Origin: Escherichia phage EJP2
Length of the DNA stretch: 64,000 nucleotides
Sequence record: OQ411014.1
Strand: one strand, 5' to 3'
How positions within the stretch are numbered: position 1 is the first letter of the stretch; each line of letters opens with the position of its first letter. Shown piece after piece: positions 9,837 through 19,555 of this stretch. A model generated the notes under the pieces. The model was not told the origin of the DNA and searched no databases. It saw only the letters and a program-made list of their open reading frames with translations. Position numbers and translations under genes: made by a program.

Positions 9837-10113
9837 TGTAGTACAGAAGGATTGGGATGATAATGAAAAGACAGGGATGCGTTTCATTTCTGTTATCATT
9901 TCGAATGAAACTCGTTATGTTCTACGAGCGGATAAGAATGATGGCGTATGGGAATCATCTTTGTATCCAATGGGTTACAAATATTCTTTAGATGATGTTG
10001 CAAGTCTAGCTGATTCTATGATAGACTCAGTAAAGATTATGAAGTTCCTTGAACGTCCAGAGCTAACAACGGCTGATGATGTACAGGAATTTTTGGCGAC
10101 TTTACAAGGGTAA
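9820..10113 (+). CDS. hypothetical protein
   Basis: 97-aa ORF. Confidence 0.45.
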   Translation: MQIWYNVVQKDWDDNEKTGMRFISVIISNETRYVLRADKNDGVWESSLYPMGYKYSLDDVASLADSMIDSVKIMKFLERPELTTADDVQEFLATLQG

Positions 10114-10115
10114 TT

Positions 10116-10634
10116 ATGAAACTTTCTGACTTCATTGCACGCAAAGATTCGTTCAAAAATGGCGTTTTTCATCAAGTAGAAGGTACTGACTTTACATATA
10201 TCAGTACTAGTATTGGATTGGGAGAAGCATCGAGTATCGTATCTTTTTATACAAAAGAAACACTTGCTATATGTGATTTTGTATTTTCAACTAAACATTA
10301 TAATACCACAGACAATGCAATTATGTTCGATGCAAACTCAGTGAATGATGCTTGGTGTGTATATTTTTCTTATCCAAATACAAATGAAAATATAGTATTA
10401 TTCTTGGATGATTCAGAAGATAACGAGCCACCAGTACTGGTAGATATCTCATCAGAAGCGGATATCTTCACTAAAGCAGTAGCATTCGATATAAATTGTG
10501 ATGGTATTGAAGAGTACATTTCGATTTCCAAAGCAATCGAAAAAATTGCCAAGGATTTGGGATTACCGGAATTTACTCTAGAACTTCGTCACAATAAACT
10601 GAAGGAATTTCTTGAGATATTTGAACTATGCTAA
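10116..10634 (+). CDS. paralogous early-gene family member
   Basis: motif EADIFTKAVAFDIN. Confidence 0.55.
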   Translation: MKLSDFIARKDSFKNGVFHQVEGTDFTYISTSIGLGEASSIVSFYTKETLAICDFVFSTKHYNTTDNAIMFDANSVNDAWCVYFSYPNTNENIVLFLDDSEDNEPPVLVDISSEADIFTKAVAFDINCDGIEEYISISKAIEKIAKDLGLPEFTLELRHNKLKEFLEIFELC

Positions 10635-10873
10635 TAATTGACAATTTAGACATACCTGGTGAATTCGAAGTACTCGAAGGGATTAGTATGAGTACGTTCG
10701 TAATAAAAAGTACTGAAGCGTGGGTGAAAAAACACTTGACTGAATTAGGGTTATCCGATACACTACACTTCTTTAGTTACAGTACTGGAGATTTAGTTTT
10801 AGAATCGACAAGAGCGAGGATTACGAGTTTAAGTTCTAAGCGATTTTATGTTGAATTTATGGAAGGAGAATGA
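10628..10873 (+). CDS. hypothetical small protein
   Basis: 81-aa ORF overlapping both neighbours by a few nt. Confidence 0.45.
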   Translation: MLIIDNLDIPGEFEVLEGISMSTFVIKSTEAWVKKHLTELGLSDTLHFFSYSTGDLVLESTRARITSLSSKRFYVEFMEGE

Positions 10874-11442
10874 CAATGATCAATAGTAATACTTATATGC
10901 GTTACCTACGTATGGGCGTTTCTTTAGTTCCAGTTCGTGGAAAAGATTCAGTAGACCAAGAGTTCGCATATGCGATGCCTATTGATGGTGTACAGTACGT
11001 ACTGAACGATGGTGGTATGTACGAAGATACAAATGAGTCCGAAGACATGTCTGATATGCTTCAGAACTTATTAGCAGTAGTCAATAGTGACCGTCATGAT
11101 AAAGTAAAACGCGTTACTACGTTCCTGGAAAAGAATCTACACAAAACTGTTTGGTGTGAGATTGCTTCTGGACCACAACTGGGTTTGCTATTCGGGAACG
11201 CAGATGGTACAATTTGTCAATTAGCGATGGATTTCCGTTCTCCAGAGCAGTTCCAAGAGTACCGTGCATCTATCATCGAACACTTTGCAGCACTCGGTCT
11301 TGACGAATCTAAGATTCCAGAAATTAGTCCAATGGATACATTTGTACTGATTCCTGAGAGTCCAGCATTCGAAGCACTATTCAGTACTTTCCAGTGCTTA
11401 GGGATTGAAGTAAGTCCAGCAGATGTAGATGATGAAGAATAA
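10870..11442 (+). CDS. hypothetical protein
   Basis: 190-aa ORF with acidic C-terminus. Confidence 0.5.
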   Translation: MTMINSNTYMRYLRMGVSLVPVRGKDSVDQEFAYAMPIDGVQYVLNDGGMYEDTNESEDMSDMLQNLLAVVNSDRHDKVKRVTTFLEKNLHKTVWCEIASGPQLGLLFGNADGTICQLAMDFRSPEQFQEYRASIIEHFAALGLDESKIPEISPMDTFVLIPESPAFEALFSTFQCLGIEVSPADVDDEE

Positions 11443-11493
11443 TTAGTACTGTATATGTATACACCTTTACGATAAAGTCTTAAATATCTGAAG

Positions 11494-11724
11494 GTGTATA
11501 TTGTCATAGGAGGAAAAGTTATGAAATATTCATTGATTCGTTTAGGATTATTTGTTACAGTAGTCTTAATGGTTGTGATTGGTTCAGTACTGACACAGTT
11601 ATACCCTGCGTTTATTTTACTCGCTGGGATTTTTGGTTCAGTACTGATTGGGCTGGTGGGTTGGGCTTTGCAGCTTACCATCGATGCGGAATTAGAAAAG
11701 AGGATTAAAGATAAAGATGAATGA
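11494..11724 (+). CDS. small membrane protein
   Basis: 76 aa, two hydrophobic helices, RBS GGAGG. Confidence 0.55.
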   Translation: MYIVIGGKVMKYSLIRLGLFVTVVLMVVIGSVLTQLYPAFILLAGIFGSVLIGLVGWALQLTIDAELEKRIKDKDE

Positions 11725-11876
11725 TAAAGGTGAAGAGGAAGTCTTCTGTACTGCGTGCAATCTGTACGTACAACCTGAATACAGTTCGTACTCATGTATT
11801 TCACAGTACGGTTCATCAGTGTTCTGTAAAGAACTCTGTCCTATTTGTTATAAACAATTTCGGGAATTTTTAGTCG

Positions 11877-12566
11877 ATGCAGACATTTGATAATTCAATC
11901 AACATCAGTACTGAACTATTAAAAGTACTAAAAGTGATTTATAGTTTCAGTACTGAAGAGTTGTTGAAAGTACTACCAGAGAGTGTATCTAAACGAGAAA
12001 ACGAATATAAGTGCGTTTTTGATATACAACAAGATGTACAATTTCAAGTTCAAATTAACTACAAAGACGATTTGAATTATCGCAGTACTAATATTTCCAT
12101 TCTTGATGTGCGTCGCGGCGTAACAATGAATGGGACAATTCCATGTATCTTAGCTTTAGGTACATACGCAGCGAATAAATCAGAACCATCTATCATTTGT
12201 AACTACTCCCAAAGTAAAGAATTTATGGTTCGATATCATTCATTGACCGAAAATCCTGCTTATACAAATGTCAGTACTGATGGCAATTCACTTAGAATGA
12301 ATCGAATCAAGTACTACGAGATTGATGATATTTTTGATGAAGGTGCAGTATTCCAACATTCAATTATGCATGAGTTCGACCCTAATAGTATTCTGTTATT
12401 ACAGAAGATGGTCACTGTTGGGGATTACATCAGTACTAAATGTAATTCCAATAAAATCCTTGTCTCGGCTGATGAAGATAAGTTAGATGGTCTGTTGGAT
12501 TCACTTCTAAAGATTGATGTTGTTAGTAAATTCATTTCCTTATATGAAGGTACAGAATGGTCATAG
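11877..12566 (+). CDS. paralogous early-gene family member
   Basis: motif EGAVFQHSIMHEFDP. Confidence 0.55.
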   Translation: MQTFDNSINISTELLKVLKVIYSFSTEELLKVLPESVSKRENEYKCVFDIQQDVQFQVQINYKDDLNYRSTNISILDVRRGVTMNGTIPCILALGTYAANKSEPSIICNYSQSKEFMVRYHSLTENPAYTNVSTDGNSLRMNRIKYYEIDDIFDEGAVFQHSIMHEFDPNSILLLQKMVTVGDYISTKCNSNKILVSADEDKLDGLLDSLLKIDVVSKFISLYEGTEWS

Positions 12567-13180
12567 CCAATAAAGGTTTAGAAATCATTGAAATTGCACC
12601 GGATGAAGTTCAAATGGAAGTTGAAGTAATGTATCCGTGCAACATTGAACAGTACTGCAAACAGGGATTACAGTACTTAGAAGAAATGCAAGTACTACTT
12701 GATTCTCCTGATTGTATCGATAATTATACCAAATACACAACTGTAACCAGAACTACACCAGAATTGGAATTGATTGGTATTCGATATTGCAACACACGTC
12801 TCCCATCAATTATTACTACAGTTAAATTTACTGAAGTAATGTTGCTGGAAACATTTAGATGGCCTAAAACGTTACAAAGTCATTTCAATTCAATACGTTT
12901 TGGTGAAGATGAATACATTATCATGTGTGAAGATCCTAAGTCCTACAAATATGTAGTGATGGTCGAGCAAGATGAAGTATGCACAATTGAAGATATCAGA
13001 GACGAAAGTTCTTTATTTCAGGCTTCATTAGTTTCTGAATTAGATCCGTGTATACAGGAGTATCTCATCAAACATCACGAACTGTACTTGCGTGCAATTA
13101 GTAATGAGAACAAAGAGATTACTACTCTATGTACTACTCTGGCAGGTGGTGATTACTACGCAGAGAGGCAGTACTTATGA
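12557..13180 (+). CDS. paralogous early-gene family member
   Basis: motif ESSLFQASLVSELDP. Confidence 0.55.
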   Translation: MVIANKGLEIIEIAPDEVQMEVEVMYPCNIEQYCKQGLQYLEEMQVLLDSPDCIDNYTKYTTVTRTTPELELIGIRYCNTRLPSIITTVKFTEVMLLETFRWPKTLQSHFNSIRFGEDEYIIMCEDPKSYKYVVMVEQDEVCTIEDIRDESSLFQASLVSELDPCIQEYLIKHHELYLRAISNENKEITTLCTTLAGGDYYAERQYL

Positions 13181-13716
13181 ATGCCTTAGAACATATTGTA
13201 AAATACTTCAGTACTGCACAACCTAATGGGTATGCGTTGTTTCATGCAATGTTTCATTATGAACGAGAACCACTAGCAATTGAGCGTTATTATCAAAACG
13301 AGAAAACGCACTTCTTGATTCATGTTCGGGTCGGTTCAAAGATTGAAACTCTAAAAATGTACTATAATCACAAAGAATATCCGAAGAAAATTATAATGAT
13401 TCAATCGTCACCTACAAATAGTTTTATACATTTGATGAGTAATTATAAGACACAATTTTTAGATGATGCCAATAGTAATGTGTGTATTATGGGCGTTGAG
13501 GGAAAGGAATATAACTTCAATGCATTTGATGAATGTGCATTATTCCAGGCCAGTACTGTATGTGATATTGATGTGGATTTCATTTCAAAATCTATGTTGA
13601 CATTACAGAATATTTCGGATAGTATTAGTAGTGTTGTTACCTTACAAGGAACCAAAGGTGTAATCGATGAACTTTGTAATCTCAGGATTGATTCGATTAT
13701 GCGATTAGCTTCATAG
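13177..13716 (+). CDS. paralogous early-gene family member
   Basis: motif ECALFQASTVCDIDVD. Confidence 0.55.
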   Translation: MNALEHIVKYFSTAQPNGYALFHAMFHYEREPLAIERYYQNEKTHFLIHVRVGSKIETLKMYYNHKEYPKKIIMIQSSPTNSFIHLMSNYKTQFLDDANSNVCIMGVEGKEYNFNAFDECALFQASTVCDIDVDFISKSMLTLQNISDSISSVVTLQGTKGVIDELCNLRIDSIMRLAS

Positions 13717-13771
13717 TAATAGATTCAAAAAAATTTATAAAAGTGCAAATAATCACAAGGAGTGTGAATAT

Positions 13772-14506
13772 ATGTTAGATCGTATAAAATTTGCCCAGGA
13801 GATGGCGAATGAGCTAAACAAATCAAATTTCCAAACTGTATCACCTATTATGGCTGAGTATGCTACTGCATATGCAACAGATGGAGTTCAGTGTGGACAG
13901 GCGAATATGTTAGCGGACGTGTACAGTACTGTGCAGAGTAAGCAATTCTCTGTTAAGACGTACAAAGATAAATTCGTATCTTCATTCATGAAGGGTGAGA
14001 TTGCAGAAGATCGTGAGTTCACAGATCCTATCATTGAGCGTAGGATTTCTGGGGTGGCGAATCCGAATGCTGATCCATCGTTAGTCTTTGAGGAAGTACT
14101 GAATGATATTCGAGACAATGAACGCAGAAGTCTAAACCACTACGGTATTAATTCCACTGGAACAGTACTGTTAGGATTCAGCGAAGATGATGATTATTTT
14201 TACTTTCGTCTAACTGAATATGATTATGTGTATGATGCTCCCGCTTCAGTACAAGAGAAGACCTTCACAGAACGTAGTAAAAACTACCTAAAACATACAG
14301 GAAATCGTTGCGGAATCGAATGCTACAACACTGAAGGTGTTATGGTGTACGAATGGGTTCACCCGAACAATCAGGCTTATACACGCTGTCTGAAGAAGCG
14401 GTACGACCTACGTGATGCTGATTCTATGTATTTCAAAATCAAGAAGCAGAAGTACACCAGACCTGATGATAATGCATTGTTGGATATGGTTAGTATTCAC
14501 TTCTAA
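13772..14506 (+). CDS. hypothetical protein
   Basis: 244-aa ORF with RBS AAGGAG. Confidence 0.55.
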   Translation: MLDRIKFAQEMANELNKSNFQTVSPIMAEYATAYATDGVQCGQANMLADVYSTVQSKQFSVKTYKDKFVSSFMKGEIAEDREFTDPIIERRISGVANPNADPSLVFEEVLNDIRDNERRSLNHYGINSTGTVLLGFSEDDDYFYFRLTEYDYVYDAPASVQEKTFTERSKNYLKHTGNRCGIECYNTEGVMVYEWVHPNNQAYTRCLKKRYDLRDADSMYFKIKKQKYTRPDDNALLDMVSIHF

Positions 14507-14515
14507 ATCAATTAT

Positions 14516-14545
14516 GCAGTACTGCGATTGTAGTACTGCTTTTTT
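14516..14545 (+). terminator. intrinsic terminator with AGTACT-containing arms
   Basis: GCAGTACT...AGTACTGC stem followed by a T6 run. Confidence 0.6.
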
Positions 14546-14556
14546 CTGGAGATGCT

Positions 14557-15111
14557 ATGAATAATCTTGAGTTCGTTAAACACTTGGCTAATAAAGTTGA
14601 TACAATCGCACAGAAACATATTGACACTCAAAGTTCAATACCTATAAAATTAGCGATTCCTCATGATAATATGGAACTGTTCGATAGATTCTTTTCTGTT
14701 CGAGGCCGCCACGATAAAGATAGATATCTTTTACTCGACACTGACCGGAATGCTTTTCAGTACTCAACACCTACGTTTCCTGGAATTTTCATGAAAGTGT
14801 CTGATGGATTGTACCTTACGTACTCACCACCAGATATATCACAGACTATGATTGGATTGGATTCTAGGGTATTACTATTTCAGCCACGCAATCCAAGTGA
14901 TGTATATGATCCGTATGAATTCTTGACTGAAGAAATGCACTTCCAGGCATCTACAGTACTGGATATTCCGAGCATAGAAACTCTAAGAGAAATGCTTGAT
15001 ATTGTTGAGTTTTTGATTGAAAGTGAATTCAAATTTAGATGTTCAATGGACTACGATGATTACCAGAGTATTCAGATTGGTCGTTTTTATAATTACGCAA
15101 TGCAGGAATAA
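14557..15111 (+). CDS. paralogous early-gene family member
   Basis: motif EEMHFQASTVLDIP. Confidence 0.55.
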   Translation: MNNLEFVKHLANKVDTIAQKHIDTQSSIPIKLAIPHDNMELFDRFFSVRGRHDKDRYLLLDTDRNAFQYSTPTFPGIFMKVSDGLYLTYSPPDISQTMIGLDSRVLLFQPRNPSDVYDPYEFLTEEMHFQASTVLDIPSIETLREMLDIVEFLIESEFKFRCSMDYDDYQSIQIGRFYNYAMQE

Positions 15112-15115
15112 CCAA

Positions 15116-15727
15116 ATGAAGAATCTAGATAAATTTGAAGACCTTATCAGTACTGCAAAAGCGTTCGGGTATTATAATTTCATCCAACGCTTTGGCCTCA
15201 AAGAAGAAAGTAACCGTTTCTGTAAAGTATATCGTGGTATCTGTACTGAAGATTCGGAGTATCAGTTCTTGATTGGAACTATGCGTTCTAGTGGTGGGAT
15301 TACATACATCGTTGAAGATAATAAAACAGGTGAGTACTTGAACATGTTCGCTCTTCGGGCAGAAGGTGAATCTGAACTTACTGCGATGTTTAAAGACTGG
15401 ACACGACTATCATACAAATACGATAAGTTCAACATCTACAACTACGAAACCAAGAAGATGGAAGTTGTACCGAACATTGACATGTCTGAAGATGAACATT
15501 TTCAGTTCATGCTATTGCATGATATTCCAGATTATGATACAGTACAGTCAGTACTGAAATATCATAAAGAAGTTTCACCAATGCTCAAAGAACATAAGCT
15601 ATTCAATATCATCACGTACACGATGCCTGATTTTGATTTCACAAAGATGAAAATCAAACCTGAAGTAATTGACACGTGTATGGATTTGATACCTGAATCA
15701 TCTTTATACAAACACAAGGATATATAA
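15116..15727 (+). CDS. paralogous early-gene family member
   Basis: start set to the ATG at 15116 just after the upstream stop (track ORF begins 15017); motif EDEHFQFMLLHDIP. Confidence 0.5.
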   Translation: MKNLDKFEDLISTAKAFGYYNFIQRFGLKEESNRFCKVYRGICTEDSEYQFLIGTMRSSGGITYIVEDNKTGEYLNMFALRAEGESELTAMFKDWTRLSYKYDKFNIYNYETKKMEVVPNIDMSEDEHFQFMLLHDIPDYDTVQSVLKYHKEVSPMLKEHKLFNIITYTMPDFDFTKMKIKPEVIDTCMDLIPESSLYKHKDI

Positions 15728-16866
15728 TGACTACAATGCGTGAACTATATGACGATTTGAATGCATTAGTATCTGATGCTTTCTATCACAAAGATTTCGT
15801 TAGTAAAGGCTCTGGTACGTACCGGATTTTCTCGTACCGTCTAGCGAGTGCTGCTGACTTCGAAGAACGTAATGCCCTTGAGTCACGTGGTATTATGTTC
15901 GAGATTGATGCAGATACTAAAGAGCCAATTCGTATTGCTTCTCGGACTATGAAGAAGTTTTTCAATGCAGGGGAAACCCAAGAATTACAGTTCAAGAAGG
16001 ACGTACCATTCAGTACTATCAAGTGCGTAATGCCTAAGTTGGATGGTTCTGTTATTGCAACCTTCATGGACAATGATGGAATTATTCGTACTAAATCAAA
16101 CTCTTCGTTGGAGTCTGAGCACGCGTATTACAGTACTGAAATGATTCACGCCAATGATAAGTTACACGATGCAATCATTTGTGCTGAAGCTGCTGGTTAT
16201 ACTGTAATTATGGAATTTACTTCACCTGAGTACCGGATTATTCTTCCTTACCAGAAAGATGAACTAACTGTATTGCGTATCATTCATCGTGAAAGTGGTG
16301 AAAGCATTATGGGTTCTGACTTGAAGGAGAAGTTCCCAGTACTGTATGAGTTTTCGGTATTTGGTGATAAAGACATTCATGAATCATTCCCTGTTCGCAG
16401 TACTTTAGTACAGAGTATTGCTGCTGTTCGTGAAATGGAAGAGATTGAGGGATATGTTGTAGTACTACAAGATGGCACTACATTCAAGCTCAAGACGGAT
16501 TGGTATTGCAATTTACATTTTACCAAAGATAGTATTATCATTGATTCTCGACTATTCAAGGCAGTACTGGATGGTAGTTCAGATGATTTACGTCAATTGT
16601 TTGAAAATGATGAATATGCACTAAAAAAAGTCGAAAAAATGGAAAATTTGATTTTTTTGTGCTATAATAAGTTAGAAGAGGATGTGACTACTTTTTACGA
16701 AAAGTACAAGCACCTTGATCAAAAAACGTATGCTATGAAGGTGTTGGGTGAATTATCGAAAGATATGAACCGACAAGGACTTGCATTCAACTTGTACAAT
16801 GGTAAACCTGTTGATTACAAAGAAGTACTACTAAAGTACATGAAGAACGTGTTAGAAGGATTCTGA
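15727..16866 (+). CDS. rnlA: RNA ligase 1 (T4 RnlA-like)
   Basis: N-terminal TYRIFSY...RGIMFE...RIASR.MKKFFN and the lysine motif KLDGS match my recollection of T4 Rnl1; 379 aa. Confidence 0.85.
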   Translation: MTTMRELYDDLNALVSDAFYHKDFVSKGSGTYRIFSYRLASAADFEERNALESRGIMFEIDADTKEPIRIASRTMKKFFNAGETQELQFKKDVPFSTIKCVMPKLDGSVIATFMDNDGIIRTKSNSSLESEHAYYSTEMIHANDKLHDAIICAEAAGYTVIMEFTSPEYRIILPYQKDELTVLRIIHRESGESIMGSDLKEKFPVLYEFSVFGDKDIHESFPVRSTLVQSIAAVREMEEIEGYVVVLQDGTTFKLKTDWYCNLHFTKDSIIIDSRLFKAVLDGSSDDLRQLFENDEYALKKVEKMENLIFLCYNKLEEDVTTFYEKYKHLDQKTYAMKVLGELSKDMNRQGLAFNLYNGKPVDYKEVLLKYMKNVLEGF

Positions 16867-16895
16867 CATAGTAATAGCTGAACAGGGAGTAGTTC

Positions 16896-17135
16896 ATGGC
16901 TAACAAACCGAAGTACCAATTGAAGAAGGGTGAAGTACGTACACCGGAAGAGCAGAGAAGGATTTTAGAAGAAATCGATTCTTTACAGCATGAACGCTCC
17001 CGCAAAGGAGTTAAGAAAAGTGCTAAGAGGATTGCAAACACATTTGGAGTCTCAAGTACTGCATATAAAAAGGAACGTAAGCCCAAAAAGAAAAGAGACA
17101 GAATATACGATATAGGAAGATATGCTCGTGAATGA
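16896..17135 (+). CDS. small basic protein, possible DNA-binding
   Basis: 79 aa, highly K/R-rich. Confidence 0.5.
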   Translation: MANKPKYQLKKGEVRTPEEQRRILEEIDSLQHERSRKGVKKSAKRIANTFGVSSTAYKKERKPKKKRDRIYDIGRYARE

Positions 17136-17343
17136 TACAGTTATTCTTGAAACAGTAATGTATAAAGATAAAACTTATTATGCGGTGACTAACATATCCA
17201 GTGCTCAACGCACTAAGTACGTTCAACAACTAAAGGCAGTAGGTGATACTGTCTTTGTTATTGACAATTTGTTATTCATTGATGAAATGGGTTTATTCAA
17301 TATTAGTTTATTCGACACAGAAACAGCATTTTCAATTCGCTAA
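17122..17343 (+). CDS. hypothetical small protein
   Basis: 73-aa ORF. Confidence 0.45.
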   Translation: MLVNDTVILETVMYKDKTYYAVTNISSAQRTKYVQQLKAVGDTVFVIDNLLFIDEMGLFNISLFDTETAFSIR

Positions 17344-17360
17344 CAACTAGGAGATATATC

Positions 17361-17582
17361 ATGAAAGTTCAAATTATGCATAGTGTTGTCCAGGACATGT
17401 CTGTGGTGAAGTTTAGTACTCTAAGTGATTATTTCCGTTGTATCGAATTTATGGATACTAACGGTATACTGTGGGAACCAGTGAAGTACAGTTCCAGAAA
17501 CGATACCGCTAGTATTCGCGTTGATGAGGTAGCGTTGAATAAAATTTGTAAACGATATGGAGTTCAGAAATGCCTAAACTAG
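17361..17582 (+). CDS. hypothetical small protein
   Basis: 73-aa ORF with RBS GGAG. Confidence 0.5.
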   Translation: MKVQIMHSVVQDMSVVKFSTLSDYFRCIEFMDTNGILWEPVKYSSRNDTASIRVDEVALNKICKRYGVQKCLN

Positions 17583-18499
17583 TACTGACAGTTGGATTGC
17601 CTGGGTGCGGGAAAAGTACTTGGGCTACAGAAGAAGTAAAGAAATCCAAACGCAAAACTGTCATTCTAAATCGTGATGATATTCGTGAAACGATGTTCGG
17701 TGGTAACTGGGAATATCGTTATAGTAACGAGAACGAAAAATACGTCCAGAATACTCTCGCTTTTCAAGCCCAAGAAGCAGTGAAAAATGGCTGGGATATT
17801 ATCGTTGCAAATACTAATCTCAACCCAAAAGAACAAAACATGTGGAGTACTTTTGCAAAGGAGAATTCATATACCTTAGTACATCAGGACTTCTTCAAGG
17901 AGTTCAAGAAAGGTAAATCCTTTGTGCATGATTACTTCGCAATCAATGCTTTCGTGAAACATTGTAAAGAACGTAACCTAAAACGTTTGAAGTCTGTTCA
18001 AGAAAGTGTAATTGACCAAATGGCAACTTCGTACTATTACAGTACTGTTACGCCTCCACCAGTGATTGAAGGTGATGGTCTAAAATATTACATCGTAGAT
18101 ATTGACGGAACTCTAGCACATATGTTAGATTATCGTTCACCCTATGATGAAACAAAAGTTCATCTTGATGTACCTGATGAGTTCGTAATTTCAGTACTGC
18201 ACGCTCTTGTAAAAGACCCGTCAGTACGTATTATCCTCATGAGTGGTCGTCACGTCACCTGTAAAGAGCTAACACAAGAATGGTTAGCGAAGCATTCAGT
18301 ACCGTATCATGAGCTTCATATGCGTGCTGCGGACGATGTACGAGGGGACGATGTGGTGAAATATGAGTTGTATATGCAAGAAGTATACAACAAAAACAAA
18401 CGAGTCCAAGTTGTGTTCGATGACCGTCAAAAAGTTGTGAACACATGGCGTGAGTTGCTTGGCCTCAAAACCTTCCAGGTACAGCCTGGAAATTTCTAG
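17570..18499 (+). CDS. pseT: polynucleotide 5'-kinase / 3'-phosphatase (T4 Pnk-like)
   Basis: P-loop GLPGCGKSTWA at the N-terminus, HAD phosphatase motif YIVDIDGTLA and C-terminal FDDRQKVV; 309 aa. Confidence 0.85.
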   Translation: MPKLVLTVGLPGCGKSTWATEEVKKSKRKTVILNRDDIRETMFGGNWEYRYSNENEKYVQNTLAFQAQEAVKNGWDIIVANTNLNPKEQNMWSTFAKENSYTLVHQDFFKEFKKGKSFVHDYFAINAFVKHCKERNLKRLKSVQESVIDQMATSYYYSTVTPPPVIEGDGLKYYIVDIDGTLAHMLDYRSPYDETKVHLDVPDEFVISVLHALVKDPSVRIILMSGRHVTCKELTQEWLAKHSVPYHELHMRAADDVRGDDVVKYELYMQEVYNKNKRVQVVFDDRQKVVNTWRELLGLKTFQVQPGNF

Positions 18500-18508
18500 G
18501 AGTGATAT

Positions 18509-18895
18509 ATGCTCGTAATTCGAATCGGCAACGAAGAACGTGAAATCCGACTTGTGGAAACAATTGATAGTACTCAATATTTCGTACTCAAGAATGAAGT
18601 TAGTTCTGTTTCTCTAGTTGAAGCAGTTGACGACCTTTGCATTTCTCTGTATAGTGGTGGTATTGACACACTTGAAGAAGCAATCTGGATTGAAGCTGCA
18701 TACCTATCAGAAACATATGGCGTGTGGACATTTGATGAAGTTGATACAACTAAAGAAGCTACACGCTTGACGGAGTTCATGAACGATCTGATTGATGGTG
18801 TAGAGGAAGATGATCCTTTATATCAGCACGCACATTATACGGTTCAAGAAATCCAAGAAATAATCTCAACAAATCTAAAATATAAGGAAGAATAA
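18509..18895 (+). CDS. hypothetical protein
   Basis: 128-aa acidic ORF. Confidence 0.5.
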   Translation: MLVIRIGNEEREIRLVETIDSTQYFVLKNEVSSVSLVEAVDDLCISLYSGGIDTLEEAIWIEAAYLSETYGVWTFDEVDTTKEATRLTEFMNDLIDGVEEDDPLYQHAHYTVQEIQEIISTNLKYKEE

Positions 18896-18896
18896 T

Positions 18897-19253
18897 ATGA
18901 GCATTACAGTACTATTTGGTCTAGACAACGTTGACATTTTCGATGCAGTTGCAAAAGCACAAGACGTTGATGTTGCTGGGATGGTGGTTTCTTATGGTAA
19001 CGTCCAAGGTGAAACTATCGAGATTTATGGTGAACAAACAGTACTGAAAGTTGCTAGATTAGCAGAATTCAACGGTACTGCATTGACTGTCTATACTGAC
19101 GGTACTAAAGAGTTCATCGATGTTGCTAAGTTCATTCCTGTGTGTGAGCCTGTTGCAGCAGATAAGATTGGTGAACTAGTATTTGATCAAACTGAACTAC
19201 CATTTGCTGTAGCATTAGTTCGTGGTGTTCATCGTTTAGTTCACGTAATCTAA
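18897..19253 (+). CDS. hypothetical protein
   Basis: 118-aa ORF. Confidence 0.5.
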   Translation: MSITVLFGLDNVDIFDAVAKAQDVDVAGMVVSYGNVQGETIEIYGEQTVLKVARLAEFNGTALTVYTDGTKEFIDVAKFIPVCEPVAADKIGELVFDQTELPFAVALVRGVHRLVHVI

Positions 19254-19263
19254 TTTCAAATAC

Positions 19264-19293
19264 AGTACTGCTATTGTGGCAGTACTTTTTTTG
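19264..19293 (+). terminator. intrinsic terminator with AGTACT-containing arms
   Basis: AGTACTGC...GCAGTACT stem followed by a T7 run. Confidence 0.6.
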
Positions 19294-19301
19294 AGGTATA
19301 T

Positions 19302-19544
19302 ATGAGTAGTATTCAAAAGTTCCAAATGCTTGAAGGTACTCTAAAGAGCTTCACTGAAGTTGCTAATGATATGCGTACTGCATTACTCGGAACTAAAATT
19401 CAGTTACACGATGATACTCGTGTATATGAAGTACAAAGTATTTCATGGGATTATTCTGGTTCATTGACTATTGCAATTGAAGAATTACCGCGTGCATATT
19501 CAGTGAAGCGTGTTAGTCTAAATGAAATCTCTCGTGTTCTATAA
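19302..19544 (+). CDS. hypothetical protein
   Basis: 80-aa ORF with RBS GAGG. Confidence 0.5.
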   Translation: MSSIQKFQMLEGTLKSFTEVANDMRTALLGTKIQLHDDTRVYEVQSISWDYSGSLTIAIEELPRAYSVKRVSLNEISRVL

Positions 19545-19555
19545 AGGATAATCAA

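Noticed and set aside
11217-11816. 199-aa minus-strand ORF overlapping plus-strand genes
   Set aside because: It lies antisense to two plus-strand genes with good RBS and coupling, and its low-complexity S/T-rich translation is typical of antisense frames; no RBS or promoter context.
15366-15557. 63-aa plus-strand ORF in an alternative frame
   Set aside because: It lies entirely within a better-supported family-member gene, in a different frame, with no RBS.
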